Positions 19,133 to 28,185 of a stretch of DNA of 64,000 bases are shown here, piece by piece. The translations under genes and the position numbers were made by a program. The first letter of the stretch is position 1; every line of letters begins with the position of its first letter. Source of the stretch: Clostridia bacterium (GTDB taxonomy: Bacteria > Bacillota > Clostridia > RUG12999). The notes below the pieces were generated by a model that searched no databases, had not been told where the DNA came from, and saw only the letters and a program-made list of their open reading frames with translations. The stretch covers positions 41,161 through 105,160 of the forward strand of contig JAFQMF010000013.1 in assembly GCA_017396395.1 (NCBI GenBank), read 5' to 3'.

Positions 19133-19815
19133 TTTATTTCATCCTCCTTGTATCCTTGCAGATAAACTTCTCCTTTTTCATCTGCTGCAGCAAAAAACAC
19201 ATCCTTTTCTGATTTCATCCCTTTAGCCTTGATAATCGAAAGTATTTTTTCCTTTTCTATACCACATCTGTCTATTCCCTGATTATCAAATTCTCCATCG
19301 CTTATAACTGTAAAGAAAAAAGGCTCATCAGGAAGATTAACCTTAATATCCGATGCAGAAATAGGACGGTATTCGCTTTTTGGAATAATACTTAGTGTAC
19401 CATTTGTTTCGAGTATAGCATATTCAACCTGTCTTATATCTGTAATTCCCGCCTTTCTCAATTCTTCGGTAACATCATCTATATTATATCTCATCCTTTT
19501 CATTTCATTAATCTGCATTACGCTGTGTTTTATAATAATTACAGCATCTCCTTCCAAAATGCTTCTTGCCTTTTTACTTTTTAAAGACAGCACAGAAACT
19601 GCAATTTCCACTGCCATAAGAGTAAAAATAGGCAGTATTCCATACAAAAGAGGAATAGCCGTATCCTGCATAGGTATAGTTGCAAGTTCTGATAACATTA
19701 TGGCAATAACAAACTCTGATGGTTGAAGCTGCCCTATTTGTTTTTTACCCATAAGACGCATTGCAAGTACTACAGTTATATATAAAATTAAAGTTCTGAT
19801 ATAATTTATTAGCAC
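19129..19815 (-). CDS. DUF421 (YetF/YdfS-family) membrane protein
   Basis: MLINYIRTLILYITVVLAMRLMGKKQIGQLQPSEFV matches the YetF N-terminal pattern. Confidence 0.8.
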   Translation of the reverse strand: MLINYIRTLILYITVVLAMRLMGKKQIGQLQPSEFVIAIMLSELATIPMQDTAIPLLYGILPIFTLMAVEIAVSVLSLKSKKARSILEGDAVIIIKHSVMQINEMKRMRYNIDDVTEELRKAGITDIRQVEYAILETNGTLSIIPKSEYRPISASDIKVNLPDEPFFFTVISDGEFDNQGIDRCGIEKEKILSIIKAKGMKSEKDVFFAAADEKGEVYLQGYKEDEIK

Positions 19816-19899
19816 GGCAAAACCTCCTTGACATTACATTTTTTATGTTGTACAATTAATTTATAATTATTCAAAAAACAAATTAACAGGGTGATAAAA

Positions 19900-20694
19900 A
19901 TGGACAATTCTATTAACAAAAACTCTTCTTCCCCTATAGTTTTATCTTCCTGCAAACAAATTAATACTAGCTGTAAAAATGAAGTTTTTTTCAATAACCT
20001 TCATCTGCACAAACTATTTTATGTAAAAAGCGGAAAACTAACATTTACTATCAGCGGAAATACCGTTGAAACAAAGGCATCTGCGTTACTGTTTATAAAA
20101 AAATATACCCCCTATACCGTTAGTGTAAACTCAGAAAATTTTCATATTATAAAGGCGGATTTTTCTTATAACCCTTCTTTTAATAATAAGGAATTTTCTT
20201 TTTTGGAAGATAACTATAAATATGGTAATTACAGCATTATTTTTCCCGGACCAAAAACAAATTTAGCGGAGAATTTTATAAAAATTTCATCAGGCAGTGT
20301 AGATGCACTTGAAAAAACCATAAAGCTCATTTCTTTTGAGCAGGAAATCTCCCGCCACTACTATAAAAATCAGAATTCTGCTGTATGCGACTACATAAAA
20401 GAATACATTGACAGATACTATCTTCAGGAGATTACTGTATGGGATATGGCAAAGGATTTAGGTATGAGCGAAAGCTTTCTTTCCCATTCCTTTAAAGAAG
20501 CTTTTAAAATCAGCCCTAAAAAATATATTTTGCAAAAGCGTACAGAAAAAGCAAAAGAGCTTCTTTTAACTACAGATATGTCTTCGAAGGATATATCCCG
20601 GGCAGTAGGTTTTTCCAGTCCTCAGCGGTTTAATGATATCTTTAAAAAGTATCAAGGTGTATCCCCTCTTATTTTTAAAAAAACAAAAGAATAA
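19900..20694 (+). CDS. AraC-family transcriptional regulator (cupin-like N-domain plus HTH)
   Basis: C-terminal double HTH ITVWDMAKDLGMSESFLSHSFKEAFKISPKKY...SRAVGFSSPQRFNDIFKKYQGVSP. Confidence 0.85.
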   Translation: MDNSINKNSSSPIVLSSCKQINTSCKNEVFFNNLHLHKLFYVKSGKLTFTISGNTVETKASALLFIKKYTPYTVSVNSENFHIIKADFSYNPSFNNKEFSFLEDNYKYGNYSIIFPGPKTNLAENFIKISSGSVDALEKTIKLISFEQEISRHYYKNQNSAVCDYIKEYIDRYYLQEITVWDMAKDLGMSESFLSHSFKEAFKISPKKYILQKRTEKAKELLLTTDMSSKDISRAVGFSSPQRFNDIFKKYQGVSPLIFKKTKE

Positions 20695-20741
20695 TTTTTT
20701 TTAAACTGCCTAAAATAACCCTAAAAAGGAGGCAAAAACAA

Positions 20742-21047
20742 ATGAGTATTGAAAATTTAACTGAAAAAACTTTCAACAAAGCTTTAGAAACGGAAAAACC
20801 TGTAATTATTGATTTTTACGCTACCTGGTGTGGCTCCTGTAAATCATTGGAAGGTAATATACAGGAATTTGCACAGGAAAATCCTGATGTAGATGTTTAC
20901 AAAATTAATGTTGATGAAAATATGGATATTGCCGACAGGTATGGTATTATAAATGTTCCCACCCTTCTTGTTTTCTCAGGCAGAAAAATCAAAAACAAAG
21001 GTGTTGGATATATGTCAAAAAGAGAAATTGGAAATTTATTAAACTGA
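20742..21047 (+). CDS. thioredoxin-family protein (WCGSC active site)
   Basis: FYATWCGSCK motif; ~100 aa; AAAGGAGG RBS. Confidence 0.85.
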   Translation: MSIENLTEKTFNKALETEKPVIIDFYATWCGSCKSLEGNIQEFAQENPDVDVYKINVDENMDIADRYGIINVPTLLVFSGRKIKNKGVGYMSKREIGNLLN

Positions 21048-21050
21048 TAA

Positions 21051-21082
21051 AACAAAACCGCCATCTAGGGCGGTTTTCTTGT
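21051..21082 (+). terminator. rho-independent terminator
   Basis: AAAACCGCCATCTAGGGCGGTTTTCTTGTTT. Confidence 0.75.
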
Positions 21083-21148
21083 TTGACAATAGTTTTTATT
21101 TATGATAAAATATTTCTATACTTAAAAAATACGGATGTGAAAATAGTT

Positions 21149-23062
21149 ATGCTGATAAGCACAAGTGATATATGCAAATCTTATGGTACCGAGGTAATAC
21201 TGGAAAATGTGTCTTTTGATATGGCAGAAAAAGATAAAATAGGCTTAATAGGTTCAAACGGTGCAGGTAAAACAACCCTTTTTCGTATTCTCACTGATGA
21301 GGAATCTGCGGATAGCGGTGAAATTTACAAACAGAAAAATATACGGATTGGATATATGCGTCAGCATTCTGATTTTACTTCTAAGGAAACAGTTTATAAC
21401 GAAGTACTGAAAGTTTTTTCCCACCTTGTAAAAACGGAACGAGAATTGGAGGATATTGTTCTTAGTTTGGAAACAAAGGACGGAAACACTGATGAGCTTA
21501 TAAAAAGACAGGTATATCTCACTGAAAAGTTTAAAAACGATGGAGGGTATATTTATAAAAGCAAACTCCGTTCAGTTCTTATGGGTCTTGGATTTGGTGA
21601 GGATGATTTTCATATGCCCCTCAGCTCCTTAAGCGGTGGCCAGCGTACAAGACTATTACTTGCCAGACTATTATTGGAGGAGCCTGAACTTCTTTTACTG
21701 GATGAACCTACAAACCATCTTGATATCCCTTCTGTTTCATGGCTGGAGGATTACTTAATGTCATATAACGGCGGGCTTATTGTGATTTCTCACGACAGAT
21801 ATTTTCTTGATAAAGTAACAAATCGTACAATGGAAATTGAAGGACATAAACTAAGCTGTTATAAGGGTAATTATTCAAAATATCTTGTTCAGAAGCAAGA
21901 GCTTACATTACATAAAACAAGAGTTTTTGAGAATACAACTGCTGAAATTACCCGTCTGAAAGGAATTATTGAACAACAAAGACGTTGGAATAGAGAAAAA
22001 AATATCAAAACGGCAGAAAGTAAGCAGAAAATTGTAGATAAGCTTATCCGCGAACTGGAAGCTCCCCAAAAAGAGCAGGAAACTATGCAGTTTTCCTTTA
22101 AGGCAAACCGAACAAGCGGAAATGATGTGCTGAGTGTTCGCAATCTGAAAAAATCCTTTGAGGGAAAAGAGATATTTCGGGATGCAACTCTTGATGTAAG
22201 GCGAAAAGACAGAATATTTCTGCTTGGTCCTAACGGTTGCGGAAAAACTACATTTATCAAAACTCTTTTGTCAAAATATACTCCTAACGGAGGAGATTTT
22301 CGGTTTGGTGTAAATGTGGATGTAGGTTATTATGACCAATTAGGGGAAACTCTTACTCCCGAAAACACTATTATTGAGGAAGTGTGGGAAGCTTTCCCCT
22401 CACTTACCCATACACAGGTCCGCTGTGTTTGTGGTGCCTTTTTATTCAGCGGTGAAGATGTTTTTAAGCAAATCAAAGATTTAAGTGGCGGTGAAAAAGC
22501 CAGAGTAACTCTTATAAAGCTTAGTCTTTCGGGCAGTAATTTTCTTATTCTTGATGAACCTACAAATCATCTTGATATTGCCTCGCGTGAGGTTTTAGAG
22601 AAAGCTTTTTCAGAATACGAAGGAAGTATGCTGGTAATTTCCCATGACAGATATTTTATAAATAAACTGGCAACTACCATATGTGAAATGACTCCAAAGG
22701 GTATAAAAAGATATAACGGAAACTATGATTACTATTTAGAAAAATCTGTTTTTACGGAAAATAATAATTCTCCTTTAAAAGAGGAACGCAAACAAAGTAC
22801 AGGAAATGATTACAAGGAGCAAAAAGAACTGGTAAAACGGAAAAGAAAACTGGAAAATACCATTAAAAAATGCGAAGAAGAATTGGAAAAGCTGGACAAG
22901 GAAATAAGTGATTTAAAAAGCAAGCTGGAGCTTCCTGAAATCGGTACAGATTATACAAAAGCTATGGAAATTAGCGAAAAAATCGAAGAGCTTACCAATT
23001 TATACGAAGAAGAATTTTTAAGACTTGACGAGGCAGAAGCAGGTCTTAAAGATATGGAATAA
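21149..23062 (+). CDS. ABC-F family ATP-binding protein (two ABC domains, charged linker, C-terminal coiled coil)
   Basis: two Walker A motifs (GSNGAGKTT, GPNGCGKTT); two signatures (LSGGQRTR, LSGGEKAR); no TMD; coiled-coil tail. Confidence 0.9.
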   Translation: MLISTSDICKSYGTEVILENVSFDMAEKDKIGLIGSNGAGKTTLFRILTDEESADSGEIYKQKNIRIGYMRQHSDFTSKETVYNEVLKVFSHLVKTERELEDIVLSLETKDGNTDELIKRQVYLTEKFKNDGGYIYKSKLRSVLMGLGFGEDDFHMPLSSLSGGQRTRLLLARLLLEEPELLLLDEPTNHLDIPSVSWLEDYLMSYNGGLIVISHDRYFLDKVTNRTMEIEGHKLSCYKGNYSKYLVQKQELTLHKTRVFENTTAEITRLKGIIEQQRRWNREKNIKTAESKQKIVDKLIRELEAPQKEQETMQFSFKANRTSGNDVLSVRNLKKSFEGKEIFRDATLDVRRKDRIFLLGPNGCGKTTFIKTLLSKYTPNGGDFRFGVNVDVGYYDQLGETLTPENTIIEEVWEAFPSLTHTQVRCVCGAFLFSGEDVFKQIKDLSGGEKARVTLIKLSLSGSNFLILDEPTNHLDIASREVLEKAFSEYEGSMLVISHDRYFINKLATTICEMTPKGIKRYNGNYDYYLEKSVFTENNNSPLKEERKQSTGNDYKEQKELVKRKRKLENTIKKCEEELEKLDKEISDLKSKLELPEIGTDYTKAMEISEKIEELTNLYEEEFLRLDEAEAGLKDME

Positions 23063-23265
23063 TTGCAGGTATTTACCGTTTTGCTTGAGCAAACATTATA
23101 AAGTATAAGTAAAAGCTTTTTGGAAGAGCCAAGCCTTAGAGATATTTTATAATTTTTGTTTTGCAAAGCAAAACTTCCTTTTCTTTTCTCTATTCTCTCT
23201 TATCTTTTCTCTGGAAACGACAATTTTTAGAGAAGAGCAAAAAGAGAAAAGTGAATAGATAAGAG

Positions 23266-23310
23266 TACAAAAAGAAACGACAATCTTCTATCGAAAATTG
23301 TCGTTTTTTC
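23266..23310. terminator. bidirectional rho-independent terminator between ABC-F gene and tRNA-Arg
   Basis: AACGACAATCTTCTATCGAAAATTGTCGTT hairpin flanked by A-rich and T-rich runs. Confidence 0.6.
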
Positions 23311-23385
23311 TGGCACCCCTGACCGGAATCGAACCGATAACTAACCCTTAGGAGGGGTTTGTTATATCCATTTAACTACAGAGGC
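23311..23385 (-). tRNA. tRNA-Arg (anticodon CCU)
   Basis: manual cloverleaf: acceptor GCCTCTG/CAGGGGT (two GU pairs); D-arm GTTA-AATGGATA-TAAC; anticodon stem AACCC/GGGTT with loop CTCCTAA; T-arm ATCGG-TTCGATT-CCGGT; encoded CCA. Confidence 0.75.
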
Positions 23386-23403
23386 GTATTAAAAGGGGCA
23401 TAA

Positions 23404-23438
23404 CAAGGGTGGCAATATTTGCCACCCTATTATTTTGT
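23404..23438. terminator. hairpin terminator downstream of rex
   Basis: AGGGTGGCAATATTTGCCACCCT followed by a T-rich stretch. Confidence 0.5.
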
Positions 23439-23447
23439 CCACAATTT

Positions 23448-24080
23448 TTATTTTTCCATTCTTCCAATTTTACAAGAAAGAGTCATAAGGCTATCACTTA
23501 AGTGCACATTTTCTACCGCAAGCCCTTTTTCAGTAGGAATTTCCTTATGAGAAAAGTTCCATATGCCCTTAACTTTGCCTTTAATGGCAGGAAGCACTTC
23601 CTGTACACTTTCTTTTGGCATTGTAAGCACTGCAATATCCACAGAATGGGTATCTAAAAATTTTTCAAGTTCTGTAACGGGCATAACCTCTATCCCATTT
23701 ACACTTACTCCGTATAAATCAGGATTATGGTCAAAAAGTCCAATAATGTTAAAGCCTCTTTTTTTAAAATTACCATATCCTGCAATAGACATACCAAGTT
23801 TTCCTGTGCCTACTATTATCATATTTCTGCCTTTATGTATGCCCAAAATTTCACTGATTTCATTGTAAAGATATTCTACATTATAGCCATAACCCTGCTG
23901 ACCAAATCCACCAAAACAGTTAAAGTCCTGTCTTATCTGAGAAGCAGTAACATTCATCATTCTGCTGAGTTCTTTCGAAGATATCCTTACTATTCCGGCG
24001 GAAAGTAAATCGCCCAGGTATCTGTAGTATCTTGGAAGTCGTCTGATTACAACACTGGAAACCTTTTTGTCAACAGCCAC
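23448..24080 (-). CDS. rex: redox-sensing transcriptional repressor Rex
   Basis: RLPRYYRYL winged-helix N-terminus and Rossmann NADH-binding GTGKLG. Confidence 0.9.
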   Translation of the reverse strand: MAVDKKVSSVVIRRLPRYYRYLGDLLSAGIVRISSKELSRMMNVTASQIRQDFNCFGGFGQQGYGYNVEYLYNEISEILGIHKGRNMIIVGTGKLGMSIAGYGNFKKRGFNIIGLFDHNPDLYGVSVNGIEVMPVTELEKFLDTHSVDIAVLTMPKESVQEVLPAIKGKVKGIWNFSHKEIPTEKGLAVENVHLSDSLMTLSCKIGRMEK

Positions 24081-24104
24081 TTACCTTCACTCCTTTATTT
24101 GTTT

Positions 24105-26030
24105 TTAGTTATTTTCTTTTGTATAGTTTAAAAGTCCTCCTGCAAGCATCATTTCCACCTGTCTGCCTGAAAGAGATGTTTCTGTTACAATATCAATACC
24201 CTTTGTAATATTTCTTATAACAATATCACCGCCGACCTTAACTGCATTTATTGCATCTTTAATTTCCAACTGGTCATCTCGGTCAATCTTATCATAATCA
24301 TCGGGGTTTTTAAATGTTAATGGTAAAATACCTGAATTTATAAGGTTTGCAACGTGAATTCTTGCAAAGGATTTTACAACTACTGCCTTAATTCCAAGAT
24401 ATAAAGGAGCAAGTGCAGCGTGTTCACGACTGGAACCCTGTCCATAGTTGCTTCCGCCTATAATAAATCCTCCACCATTTGCCTTTGCTCTTGCAGGAAA
24501 TTCAGGGTCGCAGGGAACAAGACAAAACTCGGAAAGATATGGAATATTTGAACGAAATGGTAGCAATTTAGCGTTAGAAGGCATAATATGGTCAGTAGTG
24601 ATATTATCTTCCACTTTAATAAGTGCCTTACCTGAAATAGTATCACTCATAGGTTTGTTTACAGGAAAAGGTTTAATATTAGGTCCTCTTACTACCTGTA
24701 CATCATTATTTTCAGGAGCAGGACTTACTACCATATTATCATTAATCTTAAATAGCTTTGGCATTTCAATTTCAGGAGCATCACCCAAACTTCTGGGGTC
24801 TGTAAGTACACCTGTGATGGCACTTGCTGCAGCTGTTTCTGGACTTACCAGATAAACCTGAGCTGACTTTGTACCGCTTCTGCCTTCAAAATTTCTATTA
24901 AATGTTCTAAGAGATATTGCATCTGTTTTAGGTGCCTGACCCATACCTATGCAAGGTCCGCAGGCAGATTCAAGTATTCTGGCACCCGCTGCTACCATAT
25001 CAGCAAGAGCACCATTTTCTGCAAGCATTGTAAGCACCTGCTTTGAACCAGGAGCAATTACAAGACTCACGTCAGGATGAACTGTTTTACCCTTTAAAAT
25101 GCTTGCCACCTTCATCATATCCATATATGATGAGTTTGTACAGCTACCAATAGCAACCTGGTCAACCTTAATTGCACCGATATTTTCAATAGTATCAACA
25201 TTATCAGGCATATGAGGTTTTGCCGCCATAGGAGTAAGTCTGGATAAATCTATTGTAATTTCTTCATCATACTCAGCGTCTGTGTCAGGAAGAATTTCTG
25301 TAAAGTCTTCTGCCCTGCCCTGTGCAGTTAAAAATTCCTTTGTAATATTATCACTGGGGAAAATGGAAGTGGTAGCACCCAATTCTGCACCCATATTTGT
25401 AATAGTAGCACGTTCAGGAACAGTAAGAGTTTTTACACCCTCTCCTGCATATTCAATAATCTTGCCTACGCCACCTTTTACTGTGAGGATGCGAAGCACC
25501 TCTAATATAATATCTTTAGCTGCAACCCATGGTGAAAGCTTTCCTACAAGATTTACTTTACATACTTTTGGCATTGTAAGGAAGTAAGCACCGCCACCCA
25601 TAGCAACAGCAACATCCATACCGCCTGCACCTATTGCAAGCATACCAATACCTCCCCCTGTGGGAGTGTGACTGTCAGAACCAAGAAGTGTCATACCGGG
25701 AATTCCAAATCTTTCCAAATGAACCTGATGGCAAATACCGTTACCAGGTCTGGAAAAATATATTCCGTGCTTTGAGGTTACTGTCTGGATAAATTTATGG
25801 TCATCAGCATTTTCAAAGCCTGACTGTAATGTGTTATGGTCTATATAAGCAACGGATTTTTTCGTTTTGACTCTGGGCACTCCCATAGCCTCAAATTCAA
25901 GATACGCCATTGTACCTGTTGAGTCCTGAGTAAGTGTCTGGTCAATGCGAATGGAAATTTCTGTTCCCGCCTTCATTTCACCGCTGACTAAATGCTCTTT
26001 AATAATTTTCTGTGCCAAGTTTAAGCCCAT
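24105..26030 (-). CDS. aconitate hydratase (aconitase family, ~640 aa form)
   Basis: aconitase Fe-S cluster ligand motifs GSCTNSS and CGPCIGMGQ; swivel-domain SGTKSAQVYLVSPETAAASAITG. Confidence 0.9.
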   Translation of the reverse strand: MGLNLAQKIIKEHLVSGEMKAGTEISIRIDQTLTQDSTGTMAYLEFEAMGVPRVKTKKSVAYIDHNTLQSGFENADDHKFIQTVTSKHGIYFSRPGNGICHQVHLERFGIPGMTLLGSDSHTPTGGGIGMLAIGAGGMDVAVAMGGGAYFLTMPKVCKVNLVGKLSPWVAAKDIILEVLRILTVKGGVGKIIEYAGEGVKTLTVPERATITNMGAELGATTSIFPSDNITKEFLTAQGRAEDFTEILPDTDAEYDEEITIDLSRLTPMAAKPHMPDNVDTIENIGAIKVDQVAIGSCTNSSYMDMMKVASILKGKTVHPDVSLVIAPGSKQVLTMLAENGALADMVAAGARILESACGPCIGMGQAPKTDAISLRTFNRNFEGRSGTKSAQVYLVSPETAAASAITGVLTDPRSLGDAPEIEMPKLFKINDNMVVSPAPENNDVQVVRGPNIKPFPVNKPMSDTISGKALIKVEDNITTDHIMPSNAKLLPFRSNIPYLSEFCLVPCDPEFPARAKANGGGFIIGGSNYGQGSSREHAALAPLYLGIKAVVVKSFARIHVANLINSGILPLTFKNPDDYDKIDRDDQLEIKDAINAVKVGGDIVIRNITKGIDIVTETSLSGRQVEMMLAGGLLNYTKENN

Positions 26031-26126
26031 TATATTTTCCCTCCAAAAAACTTTTTTTATATTTTATTAAAAAACAGGAGGTTTGTCAAGAACTTTGACA
26101 TAATTTCCACAATCTTCATTAAAAGC

Positions 26127-26171
26127 AAGTGATTTTTTGTCACTTTTTATATTGAAAAGTGACATATAAAA
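26127..26171. promoter_or_regulatory. overlapping palindromic operator-like sequences (AAGTGA / GTCACTTTT-N7-AAAAGTGAC) in the aconitase / antiporter divergent promoter region
   Basis: AAGTGATTTTTTGTCACTTTTTATATTGAAAAGTGACAT read directly; TATAAT-like box follows at 26174-26180. Confidence 0.4.
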
Positions 26172-26207
26172 TGTTATAATGGTAAAGTTGAAAAGTTAGG
26201 AAAAGAG

Positions 26208-27401
26208 ATGAATCAAAAAATGTATGAAGAATTTTTGCCTATAGCCTTAATACTTGTATGTGCAAAGTTATTTGGTATGGGTTCAAGAAAAATCTTCCTG
26301 CCTCAGGTGGTGGGAATGCTGGTTGCAGGTATTTTCTTAAAAATTTGCGGTATTACCACAGGTCCTTTCATAGCTGAAATTGCAGAATTTGGCGTTATTA
26401 TGATAATGTTTACCGCAGGTCTGGAAACAAATATTGAAGATGTAAAAAATACAGGGTTTGCATCTTTAGTAGTGGCATCACTTGGAGTGCTTGTTCCTTT
26501 AGCAGGGGGATTTGTGCTTTATTCGCTGATGCATGGTGGTTTTGCACCTATCGGCAGTCCTGAATTTATATCAGCTGTGTTTACCGGCCTTATAATAACT
26601 GCCACATCTGTTAGTATAACTGTAGATGCACTTAGGGAAATGGGAAAACTGCATACTAAGGCAGGTACAATAATTTTAAGTGCTGCTATCATTGACGATG
26701 TTATAGGTGTTTTACTTCTGAGTATTGTACTTGGCCTGAGAAATCCCGATGTACACCCTTGGATGGTGCTTGTTAAAACTGTTACCTTCTTTGGAATCGT
26801 GGCCGTAAGCGGAGTTATTGCACATTACATTTTCAAATGGCTTGGAAAAAGGTATCCTCATAACAGACGTGTTCCCATTTTCGGTCTTGTATTTTGTCTG
26901 CTTCTTTCTTATATAGCAGAAAAATGGTTTGGCATTGCAGATATTACAGGTGCTTTTTTAGCAGGTATTGTCCTTTGTAACCTTCGCTCTGCAAAATATA
27001 TTGTGGAAAAAATTGACACCTCAGCTTATATGTTTTTTGCACCTATTTTCTTTGTAAATATTGGTCTTAAAACAGACTTTTCGGGTTTTTCTGGTAAAAT
27101 TTTAATTTTTGCGATTCTGTTTGTCATAGTTGCACTTCTTACGAAAATTATAGGTTGCGGAATTGGCGCTAAGCTTTGTAAATACTCTAATAAAGAAGCT
27201 CTCAGAATAGGCGTTGGTATGATGGCAAGAGGCGAAGTTTGTCTTATTATTGCGCAAAAAGGTCTTAGTATGGGACTATTTGAGGCATCTTATTTCCCTG
27301 CAATTATTTCACTTGTAATAGTGGCATCAATTTCTACACCTATTATTTTAAAGCTACTTTATAAAAACAAAAAAGAAGCTCCTTTAGAAAATTCAATATA
27401 G
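26208..27401 (+). CDS. cation:proton antiporter (CPA2 / Na+-H+ exchanger family)
   Basis: about 12 predicted TM helices; Na_H_exchanger family pattern. Confidence 0.85.
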   Translation: MNQKMYEEFLPIALILVCAKLFGMGSRKIFLPQVVGMLVAGIFLKICGITTGPFIAEIAEFGVIMIMFTAGLETNIEDVKNTGFASLVVASLGVLVPLAGGFVLYSLMHGGFAPIGSPEFISAVFTGLIITATSVSITVDALREMGKLHTKAGTIILSAAIIDDVIGVLLLSIVLGLRNPDVHPWMVLVKTVTFFGIVAVSGVIAHYIFKWLGKRYPHNRRVPIFGLVFCLLLSYIAEKWFGIADITGAFLAGIVLCNLRSAKYIVEKIDTSAYMFFAPIFFVNIGLKTDFSGFSGKILIFAILFVIVALLTKIIGCGIGAKLCKYSNKEALRIGVGMMARGEVCLIIAQKGLSMGLFEASYFPAIISLVIVASISTPIILKLLYKNKKEAPLENSI

Positions 27402-27427
27402 GGAGTAATGAAAGGACGGAATTTAAA

Positions 27428-28117
27428 ATGGTAGGTATTATAGGTGCTATGGATGTGGAAGTACAGGCACTTAAGGATGCAGTTTTAAATCCAGAGAGAA
27501 AAACGGTCAGCGGAATTGAATTTGTAAAAGGAACAATTTCGGGCAAAGATGTGGTTATAGCAAAAGCAGGTGTTGGAAAGGTTAATGCTGCAGTTTGTGC
27601 ACAAACAATGACTCTTTTATACTCTCCCGATGTTATTGTCAACACCGGTGTGGCAGGGTCACTTTCTGAACAAATATCCGTTGGGGATATTGTTATAGGA
27701 ACATCAACCTTGCAACATGATATGGATACCAGTCCCCTTGGTGACCCTGTAGGTTTTATTTCAGGAATTGATAAGGTTTTTATGGATTGCGACAAAGAGG
27801 TTCAAAAAAAGCTTCTTAAAGCCTCAGAAAAACTTACAAATATGAAAATAACCAGTGGAATTATTGCATCCGGAGATGTATTTTTAAATGACGGAGAAAA
27901 AAGAGAAAGAATTTCTTCTTTGTTTGGTGCTGTTGCAGGAGAAATGGAAGGAGCAAGTATAGGACAAGTGTGTGTAATCAATAATACACCCTACTGTGTT
28001 GTGCGTGCAATATCAGATAATGCAGACGGCAGTTCCCATGTGGATTACCCCACCTTTGTAAAAAAAGCAGCGGAAAATTCCACTAAGCTTATGATAGAGT
28101 TTATAAAGATATATTAA
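27428..28117 (+). CDS. mtnN: 5'-methylthioadenosine/S-adenosylhomocysteine nucleosidase
   Basis: MVGIIGAMDVEV...AGVGKVNAA...SDNADG motifs of the PNP_UDP_1 MTA/SAH nucleosidase. Confidence 0.9.
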   Translation: MVGIIGAMDVEVQALKDAVLNPERKTVSGIEFVKGTISGKDVVIAKAGVGKVNAAVCAQTMTLLYSPDVIVNTGVAGSLSEQISVGDIVIGTSTLQHDMDTSPLGDPVGFISGIDKVFMDCDKEVQKKLLKASEKLTNMKITSGIIASGDVFLNDGEKRERISSLFGAVAGEMEGASIGQVCVINNTPYCVVRAISDNADGSSHVDYPTFVKKAAENSTKLMIEFIKIY

Positions 28118-28137
28118 ATTTTGGTTAATATAAAGTT

Positions 28138-28172
28138 CAAAAAGCAGAGTTTTAAAAACTCTGCTTTTTTCG
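28138..28172. terminator. bidirectional rho-independent terminator
   Basis: AAAGCAGAGTTTTAAAAACTCTGCTTTTTT. Confidence 0.8.
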
Positions 28173-28185
28173 TTTTATATAATTT

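Noticed and set aside
23266-23447. tRNA-Arg as an integration site of a prophage or genomic island
   Set aside because: No integrase, excisionase, duplicated tRNA 3' half or phage-like genes on either side. The flanking genes are rex and a housekeeping ABC-F gene.
24448-24855. 135-aa plus-strand ORF within the aconitase gene
   Set aside because: It is antisense to conserved aconitase sequence and is a Gly/Ala/Ser-rich mirror translation of low complexity.
26127-26171. Canonical Rex operator at the aconitase promoter
   Set aside because: The palindrome is GTCACTTTT-N7-AAAAGTGAC, not TTGTGAA-N4-TTCACAA. It is kept as an operator of unknown specificity rather than called a Rex box.
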